In this document: one piece after another, positions 48,747-59,224 of the stretch
Position numbering within the stretch: the stretch's first letter is position 1
Layout of the letters: every line of letters starts with the position of its first letter
The notes under the pieces: generated by a model
What the model was told of the DNA's origin: nothing
What the model saw: only the letters and a program-made list of their open reading frames with translations
Database searches by the model: none
NCBI GenBank assembly: GCA_963790415.1
Contig: CAWBOK010000003.1
Span: 404,409-468,408, forward strand
DNA length: 64,000 bases
Direction: 5' to 3'
Source of the DNA: an uncultured Actinomycetota bacterium
GTDB taxonomy: Bacteria; Actinomycetota; Thermoleophilia; RBG-16-64-13
Position numbers and translations under genes: made by a program

Positions 48747-48822
48747 AGTCGGCATCGCACGAAGGTGTTCGCCGGGGTGCCGGCGGCCGTTGGCCGCCGG
48801 CACCCGTCAACCTATGCCGATA

Positions 48823-50310
<1,488 letters not shown>

Positions 50311-50486
50311 TGTCTGCCCCCGGGATCAGAGAGATTGTCGGTCCTCTATGTACACGCGGGCGTGGCCCGTCCGGCCATGCCCGCGGTTGCAGGGGGAAGA
50401 GGGGTGCCTGCCGACGCCGCGCCCGGCCGTCCGCGACTTCGGCGCGGCCGCTGCGATCGGCGGCTGGTCGGCGGCCGTTGCCCACC

Positions 50487-51668
50487 TCAGGCCCTCACCA
50501 TGGCGATGGCGCCGTAGTCGCAGACCGCCTGACAGAGCCCGCAGCCGTCGCACGCGACCGCGTCCACATGGGCGGCGGCCGCGTTCATGGAGATCGCCTG
50601 GAAGCCGCCGTCGGTGCAGGCGGCCTCGCAACTCCCGCAGGAGACGCATGCATCGGCGTCGACCTCCGCTCGCGCGGGCGCCCCCGAATCGAGTTCGCCG
50701 AAGTCGCCGATGAACGGCAGGGCTTTGCCCTGGGCGGCGTCGACGCTCTCGAAACCCATGCGCTCCAGATAGGCTGCGAGCCCGTCGACAAGATCGTCGA
50801 TGATCGTGATGCCTCGGGTCATCACTTCGGTGCAGACCTGGAAGGTCGTCGCACCGGCCAAGAGGAACTCGGCGGCGTCGTGCCAGGTGGCTATGCCGCC
50901 CGATGCGCTGACAGGAAGTCCGGTAGCGATGGCCGATGCCGAGACGGCCCGCAGGGCTATCGGCTTGATGCCGCGTCCAGAGTAGCCACCGTAGGCTCCC
51001 CTGTTCGCCACCGCAGGGAGGGGCTGGAAGGTGTCTATGTCGATGCCCATCAAGCCGGCGACGGTATTGATGGCGGCCAGCGCGTGGGCGCCGGCCTGCT
51101 GAGCCGCCAGGGCCATCTGAGCGATATCGGTCACGTTGGGGGTGAGTTTCACCCACACCGGCAGGCTGGTTCCCGCCACGGCCGCCTCCACGGCTCCTCG
51201 TATCAATCCCGGATCCTGGCCCATGAACGCCCCCATGTGCTGCTCGGGCATGCCGTGGGGGCAGGAGACGTTCAATTCCACGGCGTCGGCACCGGCCGCT
51301 TCGACGGCTCCGGCCAAGATCTGCCATTCGCCGAAATCGGTGGAACCCATGATGCTGGCGACCACGCGGCCATTAGGGAAAGCCGCCTTGACGTCCGCGA
51401 TCTCGTCGACCCAGTGGTCCAGATCTTTGTCGGAGATCAACTCGAAGTTGGTCATGCCCATGACGCGGTCGTCGTCTTTCCAGAATGCGAATCGGGGGCG
51501 CACGTTGGTGGCGCCCCGCAGGCCGATGGTCTTGGTGACGACCCCGCCCCAGCCCGCCTCCAGTGCCCGTTTCATCATGTCGGCGGTGCGGGTGGGAGGG
51601 GCGGAAGCAAGCAGAAACGGGTTGGGGAACCCGACCCCAGTGAATGTGGTGCGAAGCCTCTCGGCCAT
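50487..51668 (-). CDS. preA: dihydropyrimidine/dihydroorotate-dehydrogenase-like flavoenzyme with C-terminal 2x[4Fe-4S] domain (PreA/PydA-type)
   Basis: DHOD/DPD TIM-barrel motifs (GFPNPFLLASAP...NVSCPH...) and C-terminal CVSCGSCEAAC / CDGCGLCQAVC. Confidence 0.75.
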   Translation of the reverse strand: MAERLRTTFTGVGFPNPFLLASAPPTRTADMMKRALEAGWGGVVTKTIGLRGATNVRPRFAFWKDDDRVMGMTNFELISDKDLDHWVDEIADVKAAFPNGRVVASIMGSTDFGEWQILAGAVEAAGADAVELNVSCPHGMPEQHMGAFMGQDPGLIRGAVEAAVAGTSLPVWVKLTPNVTDIAQMALAAQQAGAHALAAINTVAGLMGIDIDTFQPLPAVANRGAYGGYSGRGIKPIALRAVSASAIATGLPVSASGGIATWHDAAEFLLAGATTFQVCTEVMTRGITIIDDLVDGLAAYLERMGFESVDAAQGKALPFIGDFGELDSGAPARAEVDADACVSCGSCEAACTDGGFQAISMNAAAAHVDAVACDGCGLCQAVCDYGAIAMVRA

Positions 51669-51853
51669 GTGCCCCCCTGCTTGTCCTTGCCCCCCGTCGC
51701 GGGATGAACATACTGTATACAGTGGACCGTCCGTATCGCAAGTCCTTTCTCGATGGTGCATCCGAACGCGTCCCGAAATATCTTGCGTTGTCACCGTGGA
51801 TATGATGAAATTGTGAGGACGTCAGGTATCGCCGAAGGAAGGAGGACGGTTCA

Positions 51854-52552
51854 TTGGCCAATCGCAACGCATTCTTCATCTTCCTAGCCGGCACCCTTAT
51901 CTCCCTCGCCATCTTTCTCGGTCTCACGTGGGACACCCACCGGCAGGTGGACGCTCTCACTCACGCAGAGAAGTTGAGCGACCAAGTGGTGGCCGGCAAA
52001 CACGTGTGGGCAGGCAAGAACTGCAACATATGCCACACGATCCTGGGATTCGGGGTCTACTATGCCCCCGATCTCACCAAGGTCTACAAGCGCATCGGGG
52101 CCGCTGGGATCAAGGCCGCCGTGCAGCAGCCGGAGGTGGTTTTCGCCAAGTCCATCCGACACATGCCGAATCTCAAGGTCACCGATCAGCAGACGTCCGA
52201 CTTGGTGGCGTTCTTGGAGTGGGTCGGCAACATCGACAACAATGACTGGCCCCCCCAGGACAAAGAAGCCGGCTTGTCGGCCGCTCAGCGTCGTCTCACC
52301 GGTGGCGCGGGCCTGACTCGAGGAGCCGCCGCGTTTAAGGAGAGCTGCATAGGGTGCCACTCCATCGGCGGAGTGGGGGGCAGCATCGGCCCCGCTCTGG
52401 ATACGGTGGGCACCAAGTACGACGCGGCCACCATCGCGAAGCTCATCGCCGATCCCAAATCGGTGAACCCCGCTTCCAGGATGCCGGCGCAAGACAGCGT
52501 CAGTCAAGACGACCGCAACGCTCTGGGCGAGTTCCTCGCCAAGCAGCAGTAG
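51854..52552 (+). CDS. norC: nitric-oxide reductase subunit C-like membrane cytochrome c with an extra C-terminal c-type heme domain
   Basis: N-terminal TM anchor, NorC-like VWAGKNCNICHTILGFGVYYAPDL (CxxCH), then second CIGCHS heme motif. Confidence 0.7.
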   Translation: MANRNAFFIFLAGTLISLAIFLGLTWDTHRQVDALTHAEKLSDQVVAGKHVWAGKNCNICHTILGFGVYYAPDLTKVYKRIGAAGIKAAVQQPEVVFAKSIRHMPNLKVTDQQTSDLVAFLEWVGNIDNNDWPPQDKEAGLSAAQRRLTGGAGLTRGAAAFKESCIGCHSIGGVGGSIGPALDTVGTKYDAATIAKLIADPKSVNPASRMPAQDSVSQDDRNALGEFLAKQQ

Positions 52553-52556
52553 GGGG

Positions 52557-53975
52557 GTGAGGGACATGGCAGATACAGCGACCATCGATACTTCCGCGGC
52601 ATCCGGCGGCGAGGCAAAGGCTACGAGCGGGACCAGATTGTATCCCTACGCCTCCCAGCGGGTGGCCTACTGGTACTTCGTCATCGCACTGGCCCTCTTC
52701 GCACTGCAGCTCGTCGTAGGGCTCTGGCTGGCGATCAGCTATTCCTTCACGATCCCGCAAAGCATCGTGGACGCGTTGCCCTTCGGCATGACGCGGGCTA
52801 TGCACACCAATCTCCTGGTTCTCTGGTTGCTACTCGGCTTCATGGGGGGCACGTATTACCTGGTGCCCGAGGAAGCCGAGCGGGAGATATTCAGCGTCAA
52901 ACTGGCCTACCTGCAGTTGGTGGCCTTGGTTGTTACCGGGGTCGTCGCACTGGTGGGCTTCGCGTTCGGATGGACGCAAGGCAAGCCCATCTTGGAGATC
53001 CCCCTCCCGCTGGACTTCGTCGTCGTGGTGGGCGCGCTGATCTTCCTGTTCAACGTCGGGATGACGGTGCTGAGAGGCAAGAAGACCGCGGTCCTCGGCA
53101 TGTTGCTGGGCGGTCTGGTCTTCCTTGCGCTGCTCTACATCTTCGGGATGCCCTTCTACCGCAATCTGACGCTCGACTGGTTCTACTGGTGGTGGGTGGT
53201 GCACCTGTGGGTGGAAGGAGCCTGGGAGTTGGTGACGGCTTCCATCCTCGCCTTCATCCTGATCAAGATCACCGGGGTCGACCGGAAGGTCGTCGAGAAG
53301 TACCTCTATCTGGAGACGGCTCTGTTCCTCTTCACGGGTCTCGCGGGCACCGGTCACCATTACTACTGGATCGGCGCCCCGAAGGCCTGGCTCTGGATCG
53401 GCGGGATCTTCAGCGCGATGGAAGTGTTGCCCATCATCGCCATGGTGATCGATACGTTCCTCACCCAGCGGCGGCAGGGTCGGGTCATCAAGGACAAGGT
53501 CGTGTGGACGTTCTGCATGGGCACCGCGATCGGCCACCTGGTGGGCGCGGGCATCTGGGGTTTCGCCCACACGCTTCCCCAGATAAACTACTACACCCAC
53601 GGCAGCCAGATCACCGCCAGTCACGGTCACTTGGCGTTCTTCGGCGCCTATGCCTTGCTCAACTTCGCGATGTTCTGGTACGCCCTGCCCAAGCTGCGCG
53701 GCGTCTCGCGCTTCAAGCCCGCGTTGGCTATCGCCGGCTTCTGGATCATGAGTCTCGCCGTGCTCGGCCTCGGTGTGGCCATGGGTATCGCCGGCATCCT
53801 GCAGGTGTACATCGAGCGGGTCATGGGCCAGGGCTTCATGAGCGCCCAGCTGCAGATGCAGTTCTGGTTCAAGATCGTGCTCTTCTTCGGCGTAGTGCTG
53901 TTGGCTGGACTAGCGATCACTATCTGGACCATCTTGACCGGCAAGCAACTTCCGCCCGAGGCCGCCGAGGCTTGA
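52557..53975 (+). CDS. norB: nitric-oxide reductase large subunit NorB (heme-copper oxidase superfamily)
   Basis: 12 TM, His ligands including TGHHYYW and HGHLAFFGAY, intact 472 aa immediately after norC. Confidence 0.85.
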   Translation: MRDMADTATIDTSAASGGEAKATSGTRLYPYASQRVAYWYFVIALALFALQLVVGLWLAISYSFTIPQSIVDALPFGMTRAMHTNLLVLWLLLGFMGGTYYLVPEEAEREIFSVKLAYLQLVALVVTGVVALVGFAFGWTQGKPILEIPLPLDFVVVVGALIFLFNVGMTVLRGKKTAVLGMLLGGLVFLALLYIFGMPFYRNLTLDWFYWWWVVHLWVEGAWELVTASILAFILIKITGVDRKVVEKYLYLETALFLFTGLAGTGHHYYWIGAPKAWLWIGGIFSAMEVLPIIAMVIDTFLTQRRQGRVIKDKVVWTFCMGTAIGHLVGAGIWGFAHTLPQINYYTHGSQITASHGHLAFFGAYALLNFAMFWYALPKLRGVSRFKPALAIAGFWIMSLAVLGLGVAMGIAGILQVYIERVMGQGFMSAQLQMQFWFKIVLFFGVVLLAGLAITIWTILTGKQLPPEAAEA

Positions 53976-54064
53976 TGACGGCGCCCTGCTAGATCATACC
54001 CAGACGGCCGGACCGGGGCGGGAGCATCGCTCCGGAGCCGGCCGGCAGGGCGATACGTTGACGT

Positions 54065-54093
54065 CAGGCGAGGGGGCCCATCGGGCCCCCTCG
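54065..54093. terminator. bidirectional GC hairpin GGCGAGGGGGCCC-atc-GGGCCCCCTCGCC between convergent norB and trpS
   Basis: Perfect 13-bp inverted repeat read from the sequence. Confidence 0.45.
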
Positions 54094-54174
54094 CCACATC
54101 TTCGAGGACGCCGCCTTGGGTGTTGCGGCCGTTGCGGCCCGACGATCTTAGCGCTGCGGGCGGGTCCCCCGGTC

Positions 54175-55158
54175 TTACGGCGCCGGCGTGTAGCTGATGG
54201 GTAGCCCCACCGCCTCGCGTACGCGCTCCATGGTCTTGTGCGCGACGGCCCGCGCCCGCAGGCCGCCGTCGCGGAGCACGTCTTGCACGTAGCCGGGATC
54301 GGCCTCCAGGGCTTTGCGCCGGTCGCGGAAGGGGGCGAAGGTCTCGTCGAGTAGCTCGTACAGGCGCTGCTTGATCTCGCCGTAGCCCATGCCGCCGCCG
54401 CGGTAGCGTTCCTCCCACTGGGCGATCTCGTCGGGGGAGGCCATGAGCTTCAGCAGCAGCAACGGCGTGGAGGTCTCCGGGTCCTTGGGCTCATCCACCG
54501 GGGTGGAGTCGGTGACGATGCTCATCACCTTCTTCCGGAGCGCCTTCCCCTCTTCGAACATGCCGATGTCGTTGCCGTAGCTCTTCGACATCTTCTTGCC
54601 GTCGAGGCCCGGCACCACGGCGGTGGATTCGAGGATGTAGGCGTCGGGGATCTTGAAGATCTCGCCGAACTGGTTGTTGAACTTGGCGGCGATGTCGCGG
54701 GTGATCTCGATGTGCTGCTTCTGGTCCTGCCCCACCGGCACAAGGTCAGGCAGGTAGATGAGGATGTCGGCCGCCTGCAGCACGGGGTAGGCGAAGAGGC
54801 CGTGGTTGGCCATGAGACCCTGGGCCACCTTGTCCTTGTAGCTCGTGGCGCGCTCCAGGAACCCCATGGGGGTGACACACGAGAACATCCAGGTGAGCTC
54901 GGTCACCTCGGGTACGTCCTGCTGGGTGAAGAGCACGGTCTTTGTGGGGTCGAGGCCCAAGGCCAGGTAGTCGGCGGCCACACCCAGGGTCAGCGCGCGC
55001 AACTCCTTGGGATCCTGTACCGTGGTGAGGGCATGGTAGCTCGCCATGAAGTAGAACGCCTCGTTCTCGGCCTGCAACGCCAGGTGCTGACGCATGGCTC
55101 CGAAGTAGTTGCCGATGTGGAGACGGCCTGAGGGCTGGATGCCCGAGAGAATGCGCAT
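54175..55158 (-). CDS. trpS: tryptophanyl-tRNA synthetase
   Basis: HIGH-type motif (GRLHIGNY) and KMSKS present, intact 327 aa. Confidence 0.9.
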   Translation of the reverse strand: MRILSGIQPSGRLHIGNYFGAMRQHLALQAENEAFYFMASYHALTTVQDPKELRALTLGVAADYLALGLDPTKTVLFTQQDVPEVTELTWMFSCVTPMGFLERATSYKDKVAQGLMANHGLFAYPVLQAADILIYLPDLVPVGQDQKQHIEITRDIAAKFNNQFGEIFKIPDAYILESTAVVPGLDGKKMSKSYGNDIGMFEEGKALRKKVMSIVTDSTPVDEPKDPETSTPLLLLKLMASPDEIAQWEERYRGGGMGYGEIKQRLYELLDETFAPFRDRRKALEADPGYVQDVLRDGGLRARAVAHKTMERVREAVGLPISYTPAP

Positions 55159-55743
55159 GGAGCCTTCCCTGTACGTTGTACGGTTTCGCTCTTCAGCAGC
55201 CTCTTAGTCTAGCGGAGGGGCGGGGTCGTGGGTAGGGGGGCCGGAGCGACCCTGGCTTCCACACGAATGCAGGCCACATCCCTTGTGTCTCCGGTCAGGT
55301 AGCGGACATCGAAGTCCATGGAGTCTCGGCGAGCGCCATCGCGGGCTTGTACGCGAGGATGTGCGGCGTGTCCATTGAAACGTCGCGCTTCGCCTCGGGT
55401 CGCGGACCACGCCGCAGCAGTGGCCATCCCGCCCACCAGGCCGCCCATTTCCGCCCCCAGGCCGCGGTTTCCGCCCGCTCCCCAGTCGGACTGGCGCCAT
55501 CCGGCCGCGTATGATACCAATAGTACAAGCGCACCCGTGCGCGACATAGCTGCCGCTACTGCGACCGTAGTCGGCTCGAGATAGTGTCGTCTCGGGGGGC
55601 CGGCCTGGTAGGAGCTTTAGTGATCCAGCGTCGATTCCTCGCCAGGCATAGGGGTGTCGGCCGCTGGGTCTTTCGCTTCTTTGGCGAATCGGGCGGGACG
55701 TGAACGGGCACGGACGTCCGCAAGAAAGGGTGGCCACGTGGCT

Positions 55744-57024
55744 ATGGACATTCAGCAGGAAGCCCTCAAACTCCACGAGCAGTGGCGTGGCAAGATCGAG
55801 GTAACCAGCCGGGTGGGCGTGGACTGCAAGCACGATCTCTCCACTGCGTATACCCCCGGTGTGGCCGAGCCCTGCCGCGAAATCCACAAGGACCCCGAGT
55901 TGGTCGATCTCTACACGCGCCGCTGGAATCTGGTGGCGGTGGTCTCAGACGGTACGGCCGTACTCGGCCTGGGTGATATCGGTCCGCGGGCAGCGATGCC
56001 GGTCATGGAAGGCAAGGCGGTGTTGTTCAAAGCCTTCGGGGGGGTCGACGCCTTCCCCATCTGCTTGAACACAAAGGACATCGACAAGATCGTCGAGACC
56101 GTCTCCCTGCTCGAGCCGACCTTCGGGGGCGTCAACCTGGAGGATATCTCAGCGCCTCACTGCTTCGAGATCGAGCGGCGGCTCAAGGAGTGCATGGACA
56201 TCCCTATCTTCCACGACGACCAGCATGGCACGGCCGTGGTGGTGATGAGTGGCATCATCAACGCCTGCCGGCTGACCGGTCGAGGACTAGGCGATCTGCA
56301 CGTGGTGGTGAACGGGGCCGGATCGGCGGGCATCGCGTGCGCGAAGCTCCTATTGGATGTGGGCGTGAGAGACCTGCTGCTGGTGGACTCCAAGGGCATC
56401 GTCTGCTCGGGCCGCGAGGACCTCAACTCCTTCAAGCGCGACATGCTTAGTAGCACCAACAAGCGCGACCTGTGCGGCAGTCTCGCCGACGCCATGAAGG
56501 GGGCGAACTGCTTCATCGGCGTGTCGGCCCCGAACGTCCTCACGGGAGAGATGGTGCGCTCGATGGAAGAGGGCGCCATCATCTTCGCCATGGCCAACCC
56601 AGACCCCGAGATCCTTCCCGACCTGGCCAGGGCGGCGGGCGCCGCCGTGGTGGGGACCGGCCGGAGCGACTACGCCAACCAGGTGAACAACGTGCTCGGG
56701 TTCCCGGGCATCTTCCGAGGGGCCCTGGACGTGCGCGCCCGGGATATCAACGAGCAGATGAAGATCGCCGCAGCCCACGCCCTCGCCGACCTCGTCGGCG
56801 ACGACCTGTCCACGGAGCATGTCATGCCCGAAGCCTTCGACCTGCGTATCGCCCCCGCAGTAGCGGCCGCTGTGGCCGGCGCCGCCATAGAAAGCGGCGT
56901 GGCCCGGGATCCGAAGGACCCCGAGTGGGTCAGACTACACACCATGGAGCTGCTCGGCCTGGCGCCGGTCGGTTCCGCCGGTCCCGGGGCGCCCGTCGGC
57001 GCCATGGGTTGCGATCTGGACTAA
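55744..57024 (+). CDS. maeB: NAD(P)-dependent malic enzyme
   Basis: Malic-enzyme N-terminal and NAD-binding domains (LSTAYTPGVAEPC...GAGSAGIACAKLL). Confidence 0.85.
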   Translation: MDIQQEALKLHEQWRGKIEVTSRVGVDCKHDLSTAYTPGVAEPCREIHKDPELVDLYTRRWNLVAVVSDGTAVLGLGDIGPRAAMPVMEGKAVLFKAFGGVDAFPICLNTKDIDKIVETVSLLEPTFGGVNLEDISAPHCFEIERRLKECMDIPIFHDDQHGTAVVVMSGIINACRLTGRGLGDLHVVVNGAGSAGIACAKLLLDVGVRDLLLVDSKGIVCSGREDLNSFKRDMLSSTNKRDLCGSLADAMKGANCFIGVSAPNVLTGEMVRSMEEGAIIFAMANPDPEILPDLARAAGAAVVGTGRSDYANQVNNVLGFPGIFRGALDVRARDINEQMKIAAAHALADLVGDDLSTEHVMPEAFDLRIAPAVAAAVAGAAIESGVARDPKDPEWVRLHTMELLGLAPVGSAGPGAPVGAMGCDLD

Positions 57025-57040
57025 AGAGGAGGCGGTTGCG

Positions 57041-57886
57041 ATGAGAGATATCGACGTAGCGGAGGTCACGCGGGCGGTGGCCGATCTATCGATGGACGCC
57101 TGCTACAACTTAGGCGACGACGTGCTGGCGTTCTTCCGGGCGGCCGTGGAACGCGAGGAGTCCGAGGCGGGGCGCGACGTCTTCCGGCAGCTCCTGCAGA
57201 ACGCCGATATCGCCCGCGCCGAAGCTATGCCCCTGTGTCAAGACACCGGTCTCACCGTGGTCTTCTTGGAAGTGGGGCAAGACGTGCACTTCACGGGAGG
57301 CAGTCTCGAGGACGCGGTGGACGAAGGCGTGCGCCGCGGCTATACGGACGGTTACCTGCGCAAGTCGGCCGTCGTGGCGCCCTTCGCCGAACGCAAGAAC
57401 ACCGGCGACAACACGCCGGCCGTCCTGCACACGCGCATCGTGCCGGGTGACCGGGTGAAGCTGACCGTGGTGCCCAAGGGCGGCGGCGCCGAGAACATGA
57501 GCGCCCTGGCGATGCTGAAGCCGGCCCAGGGGCGGCCGGCGATAGTGGACTTCGTGGTCGAGACGGTAAGCAAGGCCGGACCGAACGCCTGCCCGCCCAT
57601 GGTGGTGGGCGTAGGGGTGGGCGGCACCTTCGAGCGGGTGGCCTACTTGGCCAAGAAGGCGCTGTTGCGACCGATCGGGTCGGCAAACCCGGTGCCGCGC
57701 CTGGCAGAGCTCGAGGACGAACTCGAGTCGCGCTGCAACGACCTGGGGATCGGGCCGCAGGGGCTCGGCGGGCGCATCTCGGTCATGGACGTCTTCGTGG
57801 AGGAGGCCCCCTCCCACCTCGCTTCCATGCCGACCGCGGTGAACATCCAATGTCACTCCGCCCGCCACAAAGAGGTGGTGCTCTGA
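57041..57886 (+). CDS. fumA: Fe-S hydro-lyase (class-I fumarate hydratase / tartrate dehydratase) alpha subunit
   Basis: MPLCQDTGLTVVFLEVGQDVHF and later Cys ligands, intact 281 aa. Confidence 0.8.
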   Translation: MRDIDVAEVTRAVADLSMDACYNLGDDVLAFFRAAVEREESEAGRDVFRQLLQNADIARAEAMPLCQDTGLTVVFLEVGQDVHFTGGSLEDAVDEGVRRGYTDGYLRKSAVVAPFAERKNTGDNTPAVLHTRIVPGDRVKLTVVPKGGGAENMSALAMLKPAQGRPAIVDFVVETVSKAGPNACPPMVVGVGVGGTFERVAYLAKKALLRPIGSANPVPRLAELEDELESRCNDLGIGPQGLGGRISVMDVFVEEAPSHLASMPTAVNIQCHSARHKEVVL

Positions 57887-58446
57887 TGGAGAAGACCCTC
57901 TCCACTCCGTTGACCGACGAGGCCGCGGCCGGGCTGCGGTCGGGCGACCGGGTGCTGCTCACCGGCACCATCCTCACCGCCCGGGACGCCGCGCACAAGC
58001 GCATGATCGAGCTGCTCGACGCGGGCCAGGCGCTGCCCATCGAGCTGGACAGCCAGATCATCTACTACGCCGGTCCGTCGCCGGCCAAGCCGGGGAAGCC
58101 CATAGGCTCCATCGGACCGACCACTTCCGGGCGCATGGACGCGTACACCCCCCGCCTTCTCGACCTGGGTCTCAAGGGCATGATAGGCAAGGGCTATCGC
58201 AGCCCGGCGGTGAAAGAAGCCATCCTGCGCAACCGCGCGGTGTACTTCGCTGTGGTGGGTGGAGCCGCCGCTCTGGGTGCGCAGCGGGTCACGGCGGCCC
58301 GCGTGGTGGCGTGGGACGACTTGGGCCCGGAGGCTATCCGGGAACTCGACGTGGTGGACTTTCCGGTCATCGTGGTGAACGATATCTACGGCGGCGACCT
58401 CTACGAGGAGGGGCGGCGACAGTTCGAGCGGAAGGGGGCGGAGTGA
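57886..58446 (+). CDS. fumB: Fe-S hydro-lyase (class-I fumarase) beta subunit
   Basis: ATGA overlap with the alpha subunit; LLTGTILTARDAAHKRM...GPTTSGRMD...MIGKGYR signature. Confidence 0.8.
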   Translation: MEKTLSTPLTDEAAAGLRSGDRVLLTGTILTARDAAHKRMIELLDAGQALPIELDSQIIYYAGPSPAKPGKPIGSIGPTTSGRMDAYTPRLLDLGLKGMIGKGYRSPAVKEAILRNRAVYFAVVGGAAALGAQRVTAARVVAWDDLGPEAIRELDVVDFPVIVVNDIYGGDLYEEGRRQFERKGAE

Positions 58447-58829
58447 GCGGTAAGAACCGCGAAACGGCCAATGTAGGGGCCGGGCTGTGGAAGGGCACCG
58501 GTATGTGGGCCTGGCTGCTTCACCGCATCAGCGGGCTCGTGCTGGTCGTCTACCTACTGGCCCACATCGGCGTGATATCCCAAGGCCGCGTGCAGGGGCA
58601 GCAGGGCTTCGACAATCTCTTCAAGACGCTGGAGAGCCCGCTCTTCATCCTGCTCGACGTGGCGCTGGTGGCGGCCGTGATCTACCACGGTTTCAACGGG
58701 ATTCGGATCGTGCTGATGGATATTGGGGTCGGTATCCGCAGTCACAAGAGCGTCTACTACGCTGTGATGGGCGCCGCGATCGTGGCGCTCGGCATGTTCG
58801 CCATCACTGCGATCTCGTTCATCCTGTAA
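58443..58829 (+). CDS. sdhC: succinate dehydrogenase cytochrome b subunit
   Basis: WAWLLHRISGLVLVVYLLAHI heme-ligand region and three TM helices. GTG start overlaps the fumB stop. Confidence 0.75.
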   Translation: MSGKNRETANVGAGLWKGTGMWAWLLHRISGLVLVVYLLAHIGVISQGRVQGQQGFDNLFKTLESPLFILLDVALVAAVIYHGFNGIRIVLMDIGVGIRSHKSVYYAVMGAAIVALGMFAITAISFIL

Positions 58830-58844
58830 GGCGGGAGAGGCATC

Positions 58845-59208
58845 ATGAGACAAGAGACTATCAGCGAACGCGCGGGCGGCATGTGGCCGTGGCTGCTTCC
58901 AGCGCATCACCGCGGTCATCTTGATCGTCGGCCTTTCCGTGCACCTGTTCGCGCTGCATATCGTCAACCTGGGGTCGTTGAGCTACGACAACGTGGCCGC
59001 GCGACTCGCGTCCGGGTTCTTCGTCGTCGTCGACTTCGCATTGCTCGGAGCCGGCCTCTTCCACGCCCTCAACGGCCTGCGGATGGTGCTGCTGGACTAC
59101 GGCTTTACCGGTGGCCGGGGGGTGGCCCTGTCCGTGGTGCTGTGGGTGGTCGGCCTCGGTGCCTTCGTCTATGGCACCTGGGCGCTCTGGCCATGGCTGA
59201 CTGCGTAA
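58845..59208 (+). CDS. sdhD: succinate dehydrogenase membrane anchor subunit SdhD with a +1 frame change near 58895
   Basis: MRQETISERAGGMWPWLL (ORF 58845 frame) continues as QRITAVILIVGLSVHLFALHIV... in ORF 58921 frame. One extra C in cttCcag explains the shift. Confidence 0.65.
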
Positions 59209-59224
59209 TGGAGGGGTTGCCGGC

